38,317 nt of DNA, taken from contig JAUIFS010000003.1 in assembly GCA_030430425.1 (NCBI GenBank), forward strand, positions 1 through 38,317, read 5' to 3'. Origin of the DNA: a bacterium (GTDB taxonomy: Bacteria; Patescibacteriota; Minisyncoccia; Phycocordibacterales; UBA918). Positions 1 to 9,067 of this stretch are shown in pieces. The notes under the pieces were generated by a model that was given only the letters and a program-made list of their open reading frames with translations, was not told the origin of the DNA and made no database searches. How positions within the stretch are numbered: position 1 is the stretch's first letter; each line of letters begins with the position of its first letter. A program made the translations under genes and the position numbers.

Positions 1-2
1 TT

Positions 3-500
3 GTTGATTTTGGGAAAACTCGAACAGGTATCGGCATTGTGTACCAAGGTGCACTTATGTACACCTCAACAATAGATATTGGTGGGGCAGATCTCTCAGC
101 TGCGCTACGGCGTCAGATTGGCGATAAAGCCGAGTCTGAACTAACAGAACTTAAAAACACACAAGGACTTGTTCGTGCTGTGGAAAGTTCTGATGTGCAC
201 GATGCACTATTGCCGACCATGTCAGCTATTATTGATGAAATAAATACGCGTATGAATTATTGGAATATGCGTGATGCTTCAAGAGGAGCGCGGCAGATAG
301 GCTCAATTATTTTGTGTGGTGGGAGTGTCAATATGAAAGGTCTCCCGGAGTATTTTACAGAAATGCTCGGTGTGTCTGCGCAGCGCGCAGATATCTGGCA
401 GAATGCTTTTTCGTTTGATAGGCATGTGCCAGAAATTTCACGTCGATATTCCTACGGATACGCTACTGCGGTAGGGCTTGCATTGGCACCATTTATGTAA
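3..500 (+). CDS. pilM: Type IV pilus assembly protein PilM, C-terminal part (5' truncated by window)
   Basis: Frame open from window start (VDFGKTRTGI); actin-like motifs ILCGGSVNMKGL and YATAVGLAL; followed by a PilN-like gene. Confidence 0.85.
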   Translation, partial: VDFGKTRTGIGIVYQGALMYTSTIDIGGADLSAALRRQIGDKAESELTELKNTQGLVRAVESSDVHDALLPTMSAIIDEINTRMNYWNMRDASRGARQIGSIILCGGSVNMKGLPEYFTEMLGVSAQRADIWQNAFSFDRHVPEISRRYSYGYATAVGLALAPFM

Positions 501-505
501 ACATT

Positions 506-1051
506 ATGATTAATCTCATCCCTCCACATGCACGAAAGGAAGTGAAACACGAGTACTGGATACGTGTTGTTACAGTATGGTTTTTCCTCTGCATAACTGC
601 AATGGGCATTGTCGCGTTACTGTATATTCCGGTATATGTACTGATTCAATCACAAATAGCTGCATATGAAGAGACATATCAAAGAGCAGTGCAAAATGAT
701 AGTTCCTATAAAGAAATTCAGTCTACACTCACTCAAACCAATGCAACTGCACAGCAACTTCTACAAGGAGCTGATACGCAGTCATTTTCAGAGATTATTG
801 ATGCGTTAGAGCGTATTGCAGGGACTGCGGTGGTTATAGAAGAAATTTCGTCGCAGCGAAATGATGAAGGCTATATTGAAACCGTGCGTGTGCAGGGTAT
901 TGCTGCAACACGAGAAGAACTCGCATCGTTTCGAGACATGATCGAAGCGGCTTCTCTGTTTGCAAGTGCTGAGTTGCCAATTTCAAACCTAGCAAAAGAC
1001 AAAGACGCCTCTTTTGCGATTACCGTGAGAGTACAAGCTGATGAAATATAA
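506..1051 (+). CDS. PilN-like type IV pilus assembly protein
   Basis: N-terminal INLIPP motif, one TM helix, coiled coil, VQGIAATRE segment; directly after pilM. Confidence 0.75.
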   Translation: MINLIPPHARKEVKHEYWIRVVTVWFFLCITAMGIVALLYIPVYVLIQSQIAAYEETYQRAVQNDSSYKEIQSTLTQTNATAQQLLQGADTQSFSEIIDALERIAGTAVVIEEISSQRNDEGYIETVRVQGIAATREELASFRDMIEAASLFASAELPISNLAKDKDASFAITVRVQADEI

Positions 1052-1056
1052 TCAAT

Positions 1057-1587
1057 ATGCACATTACTAAAAAAACAAAATTATATTTTATTATTGCAAG
1101 TGTGCTGCTGGTGCTTTGTATTGGTTTTTCGTTCTTTATACACCGTCATATAGCGCATCGTGGAGGGGAGCTGCTTGCGTATATAAAAACAGTTGCTGAG
1201 TACACCGACCGTGAACAAAAATACTCAGAACTTTCTCGATTGATTGCTGCAACACAAGAAGATCGAGAGGAGTTACATACCTATATACTCAAACGTTCTG
1301 AAACGATTGATTTTTTAGCAGAGGTTGAGGAGATTGCAAAAGCCAAGCAGGTAGAACTAAGCACAGATCGTCTTGAAGAAGAAGTGACAGATACACAGTT
1401 TGATACACTGGTGGTCACATTTGCCTTACGGGGCACAGACAAAAATGTGCGTGACATGATCCGCATCTTTGAAACAGTGCCGTATCATAGTACCGTCACA
1501 AGTATTGTAATTACTGAGAAGGGTGCTACTCAGGAAGAAGACATAGACGCAGTCATTGAATTAGTGGTAAGTCTCAACAACGTATGA
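1057..1587 (+). CDS. PilO-like type IV pilus assembly protein
   Basis: N-terminal TM, coiled coil, C-terminal LRGT..NV..MIRIFETVPY pattern; third gene of operon. Confidence 0.6.
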   Translation: MHITKKTKLYFIIASVLLVLCIGFSFFIHRHIAHRGGELLAYIKTVAEYTDREQKYSELSRLIAATQEDREELHTYILKRSETIDFLAEVEEIAKAKQVELSTDRLEEEVTDTQFDTLVVTFALRGTDKNVRDMIRIFETVPYHSTVTSIVITEKGATQEEDIDAVIELVVSLNNV

Positions 1588-2048
1588 TTGATAAAAAAAG
1601 TATCATAGCAATGTCAGAGCATGTGTTTAAAAAGGGGAAAGGGTATCCCGATCGTCGTTTGATGCATCCACGCCGAGAGTGGGTGCTCGGCGTGATGATG
1701 TTTCTGACTGTTATATTCGTCGGAGGTGTTTTAGCTGCGCAGGCATATGTACAGTATCGAGACATAGAGGCACTTGAAGAAGTTGCACTACAACAAGTCC
1801 CACAGTACAACGATGTTGCAGTACAGAACGTGCTTACTTTATTTCGAGAACGGAATACGATATACGAAGATCTGACATACATGGAGCCGGCACCTGTGAC
1901 CCCAGTTACGCTTGAGGAGACTGTTGGTAGCACTACAGCACAAGATATGGTGTCGGAAGCTGAGACAGATGAATCAGTTATAGAAACTGAAGATGTAATA
2001 GATGCAGAACTAGAAACACAAGAAGGAGGGGAGTTGTTGTTTGAATAA
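1584..2048 (+). CDS. Hypothetical membrane-anchored protein with acidic tail (pil operon)
   Basis: Overlaps the stop of the previous gene by 4 nt; single TM. Confidence 0.6.
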   Translation: MIDKKSIIAMSEHVFKKGKGYPDRRLMHPRREWVLGVMMFLTVIFVGGVLAAQAYVQYRDIEALEEVALQQVPQYNDVAVQNVLTLFRERNTIYEDLTYMEPAPVTPVTLEETVGSTTAQDMVSEAETDESVIETEDVIDAELETQEGGELLFE

Positions 2049-2071
2049 GGGAGCTCGTAGTAAGGTTTATA

Positions 2072-2102
2072 GTAAAAACCGGACACGAAGTCTGGTTTTT
2101 AC
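2072..2102. terminator. Intrinsic terminator hairpin, probably bidirectional
   Basis: GTAAAAACCGGAC...GTCTGGTTTTTAC after the pil operon. Confidence 0.6.
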
Positions 2103-2106
2103 ATAA

Positions 2107-2299
2107 GGTGCCCCGGGAGGAATGATCCTGACGGTTTCTAAATTCGTCATACTTCCTCATTAAGAACCGCGGGACACGTCTCGCTTGTTCGTAAACTCAC
2201 ATCGCTCCGACGGTTCGATTCCTCAAAAGGTGCATTAGCACCTTTTTTCTGCGGGCACAAACAAAAATGGCACACCGAGGAGTGCTCATTTTTGTACTC
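2107..2299. repeat. tRNA-Arg-trailing element, copy a
   Basis: Direct tRNA 3'-end copy 2107-2123; inverted T-arm GGTTCGATTCCTC 2212-2224, hairpin 2225-2246, GGGCAC; closing hairpin 2261-2295. Confidence 0.75.
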
Positions 2300-2506
2300 G
2301 TGCCCCCGGGAGGAATCGAAGCTTACTTTTAAACGATACGAGCAAAATGGAAATTTATTTACATTTTTGAGTGAGTGAAGAAAGAAATTTATTTACAGCT
2401 TCAGTACAGGTTGTCACCATTTTCTTTGGAAAATGCTAGGCAACCTTTTCGATTCCGTGGACCAATTTAAAAAGCTGCCAGCAAGAAGCTGACAACTTTT
2501 TAAATC
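2300..2506. repeat. tRNA-Arg-trailing element, copy b
   Basis: Direct copy GTGCCCCCGGGAGGAATCGAA 2300-2320; inverted TTCGATTCC 2448-2456; closing hairpin before tRNA. Confidence 0.75.
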
Positions 2507-2508
2507 GG

Positions 2509-2580
2509 TGCCCCCGGGAGGAATCGAACCCCCATCTAAAGCTTAGAAGTCTCCTGTTTTATCCATTAAACTACAGGGGC
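2509..2580 (-). tRNA. tRNA-Arg (UCU)
   Basis: Acceptor GCCCCTG/CGGGGGC, anticodon loop CTTCTAA, T-loop TTCGATT; weak anticodon stem. Confidence 0.85.
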
Positions 2581-2814
2581 AAGTGAGAAAATAAGCAGAA
2601 ATGTGTCTCTATTTATTTTTCGAATAATGTTCCTGAAAGAAATTTTGTTGAAACGTTAGTGGAAACAAAAGTTTCTTACAGAAGGATCGTCATACAATAG
2701 CAAATTATTTAAATATAGAAAACAAAAAAGCGGCCCAGACAATCTCAAATTTTAAAAAATGAATATGATTGAAGATGTTGGGCGCGCTCTATGTTGTGTG
2801 TGATACCGTTCTTG

Positions 2815-2934
2815 CTACACTGATGCAAAATCGGTAATCAATTTTTTGCTCGGCGGTTGCCAAGGACAGCGTCCGAGAAAGTGGTGAGCAGCTGCAATGG
2901 CGCGTTTCACCATGTTTTGTTTTTCACGAGACAC
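2815..2934 (-). CDS. Possible 39-aa small protein or gene remnant (MSREKQNMVKRAIAAAHH...)
   Basis: AGAAAGGAG 6 nt before a GTG start; no recognisable homology. Confidence 0.25.
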   Translation of the reverse strand: MSREKQNMVKRAIAAAHHFLGRCPWQPPSKKLITDFASV

Positions 2935-3085
2935 AAGGTGCTCCTTTCTGTCACCATGTTGTGGTGACCTTATTTCACTATACCCCTATACACTAGAGGA
3001 AAATGTGGTGTGATGTGGATAAGTATCTCAGGACCTATAAATAGGAGTACAATAAAAGTAGATTACAAGATAATTTCACATATAT

Positions 3086-3325
3086 ATGGAATTAGTTTAT
3101 TTCGTGCTCGTTGGAGCAGCCGCTGGGTGGCTTGCGAGTATGCTCATGAATATCAATGCGAGCCTCGTACTGACAATCGTGCTCGGTATTGTAGGAGGTT
3201 TTGTTGGTGGATGGGGTCTGGGTCAACTGGGTGTTATGCTGCCGTGGGGAGTTGTAGGAGAAATTATTACCGCAGCAATCGGCGCGGTGGTACTTATCTT
3301 CCTCTATAAGTTGGTGACAAAGTAA
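3086..3325 (+). CDS. GlsB/YeaQ/YmgE family (transglycosylase-associated) membrane protein
   Basis: GAAAGWLA, LGIVGGFVGG and AIGAVVL glycine-rich TM pattern. Confidence 0.85.
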   Translation: MELVYFVLVGAAAGWLASMLMNINASLVLTIVLGIVGGFVGGWGLGQLGVMLPWGVVGEIITAAIGAVVLIFLYKLVTK

Positions 3326-3466
3326 TGACTAACGATCCTGTTTAATTAAAAGAACCGTAGCCTAGGCTACGGTTCTTTTATGATGAGTTTATAATCTGCT
3401 TCCGAAACGTGTACTGAGTTACAATAGTCACTTATTTTAAAATAATGGCAGTGTATAATTCCAATT

Positions 3467-3742
3467 ATGATTGATTTAATTTCAGGTCTATATTTGCTCA
3501 ATGCAGCAATAGTAATCGTGGCTTATGTGCCGCAAATTATTAAACTAAAAGCAATCAAGGAAAAGCCTAAAAATTTCTCTCTCCCAAGCTGGACGTTGTG
3601 GACGTATACTTCTATTGTTGCTTTTTTGTATGCAGTCTTTGTTATACAAGACACTATCTTAATTTTTGTTAATGCTTTGGCGTTGTTGAGCGTTTCGCTC
3701 GTTTTTATAATTGTTTTGTATAAGCATAGGAAATATTGCTAG
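3467..3742 (+). CDS. PQ-loop / SemiSWEET-like 3-TM protein
   Basis: AYVPQIIK PQ motif, three hydrophobic helices. Confidence 0.75.
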   Translation: MIDLISGLYLLNAAIVIVAYVPQIIKLKAIKEKPKNFSLPSWTLWTYTSIVAFLYAVFVIQDTILIFVNALALLSVSLVFIIVLYKHRKYC

Positions 3743-3805
3743 AATTTTTATATATATTTTGAAATGAATGTATAAACTAAGTGTGTAATTGGTATACTGA
3801 AAGGT

Positions 3806-4093
3806 ATGAGCACAATACAAGAACAAAAACTACGGGTAGAAACAGAGATCAGCAAATTGGAAGAAATGGGAGGTTCTCTAACAGGGAAAGCAAAGCGCAT
3901 GAGAGATACCGCGTTCACACGTTTCCCTGTTGTTTTTGCACTTCTCACTACTTTTGGACTTGTTGCTACATTTTATGGATTTGAAAAAGTTATTGATGAG
4001 ATTGCCTTTTTTTCAGAAAATCCAGTGACCGTGTTATCAGCAGGTTTGTTGGTTTTAGCATTAACCGGCACGTTGTATAAAAAACTTACGTAG
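3806..4093 (+). CDS. Hypothetical small membrane protein
   Basis: Two TM segments; TATACT -10 box just upstream of ATG. Confidence 0.65.
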   Translation: MSTIQEQKLRVETEISKLEEMGGSLTGKAKRMRDTAFTRFPVVFALLTTFGLVATFYGFEKVIDEIAFFSENPVTVLSAGLLVLALTGTLYKKLT

Positions 4094-4141
4094 TGAGGGG
4101 AGGATGGTGGGTTTTTATAAAATAAAAAAAGTGCCTGCCCT

Positions 4142-4305
4142 CGATGAGAGACTTTCTCGTTACAGGACCGGTACACCTTTTGGGTATTTCTGTTCGTTCC
4201 TCCAGAAATTCCGCAAAAGCTTTTCAAGTCTCCCGTAACAGTGCCTTTGCACTGTTACTTCATCGCGCACAAAAAGAAAAACGCCCCGGAGGGCGTCTTC
4301 TTTTT
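4142..4305. repeat. tRNA-Val-trailing element
   Basis: Direct copy CGATGAGAGACTT 4142-4154; inverted TTCAAGTCTC 4223-4232, hairpin 4235-4258, TCATCGCGCACA 4260-4271; closing hairpin. Confidence 0.8.
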
Positions 4306-4306
4306 G

Positions 4307-4379
4307 TGCGCGATGAGAGACTTGAACTCCCGACCTTCGCAGTGTAAATGCGCTGCTCTACCAACTGAGCTAATCGCGC
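4307..4379 (-). tRNA. tRNA-Val (UAC)
   Basis: GCGCGAT acceptor, AGCTCAGTTGGTAGAGC D-arm, loop TTTACAC, T-loop TTCAAGT. Confidence 0.92.
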
Positions 4380-4475
4380 GTAGTGTGTAATGTCTTACAT
4401 ACTCGCTATTTGGTATAAATGTCGTTTGCGCATTCCCATGTGTAAATGGTTCAAAGATATCCCATACCTCCTCAC

Positions 4476-4499
4476 CTCTACAACTGAGCTAATCGCGCG
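4476..4499 (-). repeat. Duplicate of the tRNA-Val 5' end
   Basis: CTCTACAACTGAGCTAATCGCGCG matches 4356-4380 with a 1-nt deletion. Confidence 0.8.
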
Positions 4500-4616
4500 A
4501 ACGATTATCTAAATACAAAATATCTGTATTCAGGTACGCAACATAGTATCGTTTTTTAAAAAAAAATCAATAGGTTTCATGGACGAATACATATTGCACG
4601 GTATACTACGTTCACT

Positions 4617-4892
4617 ATGATGGAAATGAATTGTGTTATTACGGGAAACGTACAGGGAGTTGCATACCGTGCGTACGCACAAGACTCTGCTGATACACTT
4701 GGATTGTGTGGTTGGGTCAAGAATGCTGCCGATGGCTCTGTACTCGTGTGTGCACAAGGAACACCAGACATGCTTAAAGAATATGTTGAGTATCTGCACG
4801 AAGGTTCATTACGTGCAGAGGTTGCGAGTGTATCAGTGGAATGGCAGTCACCCAAAAAAGTATTTACTGAATTTTCGATTATTCATATATGA
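4617..4892 (+). CDS. acyP: Acylphosphatase
   Basis: GNVQGVAYR and GWVKNAADGSV motifs. Confidence 0.9.
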   Translation: MMEMNCVITGNVQGVAYRAYAQDSADTLGLCGWVKNAADGSVLVCAQGTPDMLKEYVEYLHEGSLRAEVASVSVEWQSPKKVFTEFSIIHI

Positions 4893-4900
4893 GAAGAACT

Positions 4901-5683
4901 ATGTTTGGTTTTGGAAAAGAAAAAAAAGAAGACATTGAGATCGAGATCCTTTTTGAAAATGATGCTGTGTTGGTGATTAATAAGCCTGCAGGAATTATGG
5001 TGCATCCTGACGGTCATCATGAAGGAGTCACGGTTGTTGATTGGTTTTTGGAGAGGTGTCCCGAGGCAAAGGGAGTAGGGGAACCACAAAACAATAATAA
5101 AGGAGAACCGCTTGAGCGGTCAGGAGTGGTGCATCGCCTCGATACAGAAACTTCAGGGGTGCTTGTGCTTGCCAAAACGCAAGCATCGTTTGCACACTTA
5201 AAACGTCAGTTCCATGACCGGTTCGCAAAGAAAGAATATCGTGCGTTTGTGTATGGTCCGGTGCGTGAACGGTGGGGAACCATAGACAAGCCGATTGGTC
5301 GGAGTCCAAAGGACTTTAGAAAGCGTCTTGCGTCACAGGGGGCAAAAGGAAACTTGCGTGAAGCTGCTACTGACTGGGAATGTATTGGGCAGGGGAGATA
5401 CAACGATGAAGATTTCTCATATATGAAACTAAAGCCACGCACCGGACGGACGCATCAGATTCGCGTACATTTGCGTGCCATTGATCGTCCGGTTGTGGGA
5501 GATGTGCTCTATGCAGATTATTTGATGGAAAAGTCTAACAACCTTGACCTCAAGCGTATGGCACTGCATGCCCACACACTTGAGCTACTCCTTCCAGACG
5601 GTTCGGAAGAACGCTTTATCGCACCACTTCCGCTATGCTTTGAGGAGGCCGCGGAAAAAATTGCAGAAGAAGTAGGGGAATAA
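4901..5683 (+). CDS. RluA/RluD family RNA pseudouridine synthase
   Basis: NKPAG, VHRLDTETSG, TGRTHQIRVH, LHA motifs; start may be 4889. Confidence 0.93.
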   Translation: MFGFGKEKKEDIEIEILFENDAVLVINKPAGIMVHPDGHHEGVTVVDWFLERCPEAKGVGEPQNNNKGEPLERSGVVHRLDTETSGVLVLAKTQASFAHLKRQFHDRFAKKEYRAFVYGPVRERWGTIDKPIGRSPKDFRKRLASQGAKGNLREAATDWECIGQGRYNDEDFSYMKLKPRTGRTHQIRVHLRAIDRPVVGDVLYADYLMEKSNNLDLKRMALHAHTLELLLPDGSEERFIAPLPLCFEEAAEKIAEEVGE

Positions 5684-5775
5684 TGTTGCAGGGACTTCCT
5701 TTTTTTAAACTGTTGTGGTAGATTAGGGCACGTTTTATTGCGGCTTCTTAAGCATTTAATAAAGAAATAATTATT

Positions 5776-6417
5776 ATGAACACAGTAACAACAGGTGTAG
5801 CGGTCTCTCCCGTAAATATGGAAGATCGAAAGAGCATCGGCATTCGTGCGGGTGACACGGTACGCGTACACCAGAAAATTCAAGATAAAGGTAAGACACG
5901 TATTCAAGTTTTTGAAGGTGTGGTACTTGCGCGAAAACACGGAAACGAAGCAGGAGCTACGTTTACCGTACGAAAGGTAGCGAGTGGAGTAGGAGTGGAG
6001 AAAATCTTCCCACTGTACTCACCAAATATCGATAAAATCGAGATTGTGAAGCGAGCAAAGGTTCGACGAGCGAAGCTCTACTTCATCCGAGAGAAGGTAG
6101 CGCGACAAATCAAGCGACAGATGCGTCGTATGCGACTTGTATCTATTGCTTCTGAGTCTGAAGCAGAAGCTGCAGTTAAGGCTGAAGCAGAAGCAGCTGA
6201 AGCAGCTGCTAAAGCTGAGGAAGAAGCAGCAAAGGCTGCTGAGGAAGCAAAGAAGGCTGAAGAAGCAGAAGCAGCAAAGGCTGAAGCTGAAACAGCTACA
6301 GAAGACGCACCAGAAGCTGAAGTATCTGAAGAAGAGACTCCTGCTGAGGACACTCCTGAAGAAACTGCGACTGAAGAAGCTGCAGAAGAGGCATCTGAAG
6401 AAGAAAAGAAAGACTAA
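5776..6417 (+). CDS. rplS: 50S ribosomal protein L19 with long Ala/Glu-rich C-terminal extension
   Basis: [38 protein letters not shown]. Confidence 0.96.
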   Translation: MNTVTTGVAVSPVNMEDRKSIGIRAGDTVRVHQKIQDKGKTRIQVFEGVVLARKHGNEAGATFTVRKVASGVGVEKIFPLYSPNIDKIEIVKRAKVRRAKLYFIREKVARQIKRQMRRMRLVSIASESEAEAAVKAEAEAAEAAAKAEEEAAKAAEEAKKAEEAEAAKAEAETATEDAPEAEVSEEETPAEDTPEETATEEAAEEASEEEKKD

Positions 6418-6426
6418 CTTTCTTAC

Positions 6427-6462
6427 ACAAAAAACGCATCGGCATACCGATGCGTTTTTTGT
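6427..6462 (+). terminator. Intrinsic terminator after rplS
   Basis: 16-bp stem with 4-nt loop and T tract. Confidence 0.75.
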
Positions 6463-6510
6463 TTATCTGCAAAAGGATATATTAATTGGTAGACATGATA
6501 TAGTAGAGGT

Positions 6511-7170
6511 GTGGGAAAGCGTGGCCCAAAACCAAAGGGAAGGGTAGATACAATGTGGCGACCAGAGTTAGCATATGCACTGGGTCTCATTACTGCTGAC
6601 GGCTCTTTATCAAAAAATGGACGCCATATTGATTTCACTTCAAAGGATATTGCTCAATTAGAGACTTACAGAAGCTGCCTTGGGATAGAAGAGATAAAAA
6701 TTGGTTCTAAACGTAGTACGCACAAGAATAATGTTTTGTACTACAGAGTTCAGTTTGGTGACGTATTGTTTTATCAGTGGCTCGTAGACAGAGGTCTGTC
6801 ACCCAATAAGTCTAAAATAATACAAAAAGTTGATGTACCAGGTAAATACTTTTTTGATTTTGTACGCGGTGAATGGGATGGAGACGGAACAATATATTGT
6901 TCAGAAGATAAACGTTGGAAAAACAGCTATGTTGTTAGTATTGCTTTTGCAAGTGGAAGTTTGGAGTTTTTGCAATGGTTGCAAAAAGAAATTAATAGAA
7001 GAATTGGCACTACTGGACATATTCAAGAAAATGTACGAGCAATGCAGCTACGTTATGCGCGAAAAGATTCAAAAAAACTTTTTGATGCTATGTTTTATGA
7101 CGATGATCTACCACACCTCTCAAGAAAGTTTGCAAAAGCTGAAAAAATCTTTAAAATGACGGGACTCTGA
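6511..7170 (+). CDS. Free-standing two-motif LAGLIDADG endonuclease-like protein
   Basis: AYALGLITADGS and FVRGEWDGDG motifs; no intein or intron flanks seen. Confidence 0.85.
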   Translation: MGKRGPKPKGRVDTMWRPELAYALGLITADGSLSKNGRHIDFTSKDIAQLETYRSCLGIEEIKIGSKRSTHKNNVLYYRVQFGDVLFYQWLVDRGLSPNKSKIIQKVDVPGKYFFDFVRGEWDGDGTIYCSEDKRWKNSYVVSIAFASGSLEFLQWLQKEINRRIGTTGHIQENVRAMQLRYARKDSKKLFDAMFYDDDLPHLSRKFAKAEKIFKMTGL

Positions 7171-7181
7171 AGGATAGAGAT

Positions 7182-7266
7182 GCCCAGGTGGCGAAATTGG
7201 TAAACGCGTACGCTTGAGGGGCGTATGACTTCGGTCTTGCTGGTTCAACTCCAGTCCTGGGCACCA
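7182..7266 (+). tRNA. tRNA-Leu (GAG)
   Basis: GCCCAGG/CCTGGGC acceptor, TACGC-TTGAGGG-GCGTA anticodon arm, long variable arm, encoded CCA. Confidence 0.95.
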
Positions 7267-7306
7267 AAAGAAAAAGTTCGAGGTTCAGCCTCGAACTTTT
7301 TCTTTT
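7266..7306 (+). terminator. Terminator after tRNA-Leu
   Basis: AAAAGAAAAAGTTCGAGG...CCTCGAACTTTTTCTTTT hairpin. Confidence 0.75.
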
Positions 7307-7320
7307 GCTATACTACAAAC

Positions 7321-7767
7321 ATGGAAACAATTAATGACTATTCATTCGGTGTGGTGCCTGTTCAAAAGGTAGGAGATGCATGGAAAGTGTTTCTTATACA
7401 TCAAATACCACGAAGAGGATCTCTCTTTTGGACCTTCCCAAAAGGACACCCAGAAGAAGGGGAAAGTCATGAAGAGACAGCGTTACGTGAGTTGCGTGAA
7501 GAGACAGGGCTTGTTCCTGATATTTTTAAGAAAGATGTAACGTTCACACAAGAGTACACCTTTATACATGATGGTCAGAGTATAGAAAAAAAAGTTGTCT
7601 ATTATTTGGGCGTTATTTCTACTGCAGAGTTTCAAATACAAATTGATGAAATCCATGAAGCGAAGTGGTGTACATTTGCCGAGGCAAGAGTATTATTAAC
7701 TCATGACATCGCGAAGCAGCTTCTGGATGAAGTTGCAGCGTATTTAGCAGATAACAATTCAGTATGA
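7321..7767 (+). CDS. NUDIX hydrolase (Ap4A hydrolase-like)
   Basis: Nudix box FPKGHPEEGESHEETALRELREETGL; start set at METIND after a TATACT box. Confidence 0.9.
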   Translation: METINDYSFGVVPVQKVGDAWKVFLIHQIPRRGSLFWTFPKGHPEEGESHEETALRELREETGLVPDIFKKDVTFTQEYTFIHDGQSIEKKVVYYLGVISTAEFQIQIDEIHEAKWCTFAEARVLLTHDIAKQLLDEVAAYLADNNSV

Positions 7768-7952
7768 AAACAATCACATGCTACGACTGTGAGAGCTCGT
7801 TTCAAGCAGAAACACGCGAAGAGATTCTTGATATTCTCTACGAGCACTATATGAAAAATCATCATAGTGTTATTACTGGCGCTTCAGACGAAGCAAAAAA
7901 ACAGTGGATGGAACAGTTTGAGAAAGACTGGTCTGCAGCTGAAGAAGTGTAA
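7764..7952 (+). CDS. Small metal-binding protein (DUF1059-like)
   Basis: CxxC...AETREE...H...H pattern; coupled to the Nudix stop. Confidence 0.55.
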   Translation: MKTITCYDCESSFQAETREEILDILYEHYMKNHHSVITGASDEAKKQWMEQFEKDWSAAEEV

Positions 7953-7961
7953 AAAAATAAT

Positions 7962-8570
7962 ATGAATACAAAAATAGTAGTACTAATAGGGGTGGCAGTA
8001 GTGGTACTTGGCGGAGGGTATATGCTAATGCAGTCATCAGACACTTCTGGTGGAGATGTCGCAAACAATACAGCACAGGAATCTCTTTCAGAACAGAACA
8101 GCGGCAGTGGTTCATTCCGGTCGCTTATGCAACGAGGTGAAAATATCACATGTACTTTTTCTTCCACTGCAGAAGGATCAGTCTCTAACGGAACATTCTA
8201 CTACGGCGACGGTATGTACCGTGTTGAAGCTGAGACAGAAACAGACGGGGTAACCTTTGTCTCAAACATGATTGGTCTTGCAGATAAATCATACATATGG
8301 GGCGGTACACCAGCAGGTGAGATGGCAGTCGTTATTGCAAATGATACGACTGAGATGGACGAGTCGGTACATGATTTTGCTGATACTCAGCAGGGGAGTG
8401 CGGTTGATCTGGAAGCAGGTGTAGAGTATGAGTGTGATGCATGGCGACCAGTTCCATCAATGTTTGTGCCGCCGAGTGACATTGAGTTTCTTGATATGCA
8501 GGCTATGATGCAAAACATGCCTGGTATGCCTGAAGGGTTTGCATTGCCTGCAGATATGCAAACACCGTAA
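7962..8570 (+). CDS. Hypothetical membrane-anchored exported protein
   Basis: N-terminal TM, CTF...C..W.P..SMFVPP.DIEF pattern. Confidence 0.7.
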   Translation: MNTKIVVLIGVAVVVLGGGYMLMQSSDTSGGDVANNTAQESLSEQNSGSGSFRSLMQRGENITCTFSSTAEGSVSNGTFYYGDGMYRVEAETETDGVTFVSNMIGLADKSYIWGGTPAGEMAVVIANDTTEMDESVHDFADTQQGSAVDLEAGVEYECDAWRPVPSMFVPPSDIEFLDMQAMMQNMPGMPEGFALPADMQTP

Positions 8571-8582
8571 CACTAAACTATT

Positions 8583-8644
8583 CCACGTACCTAAGCGGCA
8601 AAAATGGACGCAATTGCGTCCATTTTTGCCGCTTAGGTACGTGG
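8583..8644. repeat. Perfect 62-bp palindrome between convergent genes
   Basis: 31-nt arm CCACGTACCTAAGCGGCAAAAATGGACGCAA followed directly by its exact reverse complement. Confidence 0.9.
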
Positions 8645-8657
8645 GTTTTGGTATATG

Positions 8658-9065
8658 TTACGAAAATAGTATCGTGCCGAGTAGATAACTGATGGCAGCA
8701 ACGGTAGCAGTGAGTACGGTACCCCAGACGATATCGACAAGTGTGAGTAACAGTGGCCAGTTTCGTATTGTTGCAAGATTGGTTAGGTCGTAGGTTGCGT
8801 ATGCAAAGAATCCAAACAGTGCTCCCCAGAGCACCGCTTTCATGAACGATTGTGCTTCGAGCGCAGGTTGCACCGCAAAGATGATGATACCAACGATGTA
8901 TAAGAGGTAAAAAATAATTGCTGCCGCCCAGTTCACTGGTCCCAGCAAGAAACCAAGTTGTGATTGGTAGAACTTGTTAGCAATGAGACCCAGCCAGAGC
9001 ATATCGATAATAAAAAAGACGGGAATAGTTATGAGGTAGAGATAGGTACGTTGTATGAGTGTCAT
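8658..9065 (-). CDS. DUF2177 family membrane protein
   Basis: IDMLWLG, YATYDLTNLAT, DIVWG motifs. Confidence 0.85.
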   Translation of the reverse strand: MTLIQRTYLYLITIPVFFIIDMLWLGLIANKFYQSQLGFLLGPVNWAAAIIFYLLYIVGIIIFAVQPALEAQSFMKAVLWGALFGFFAYATYDLTNLATIRNWPLLLTLVDIVWGTVLTATVAAISYLLGTILFS

Positions 9066-9067
9066 AG

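Noticed and set aside
3014-3022. Isolated perfect DnaA box TGTGGATAA
   Set aside because: Single site with no supporting cluster
6511-7170. Intein or group I intron
   Set aside because: No splicing motifs and no interrupted host gene; rplS and tRNA-Leu are intact
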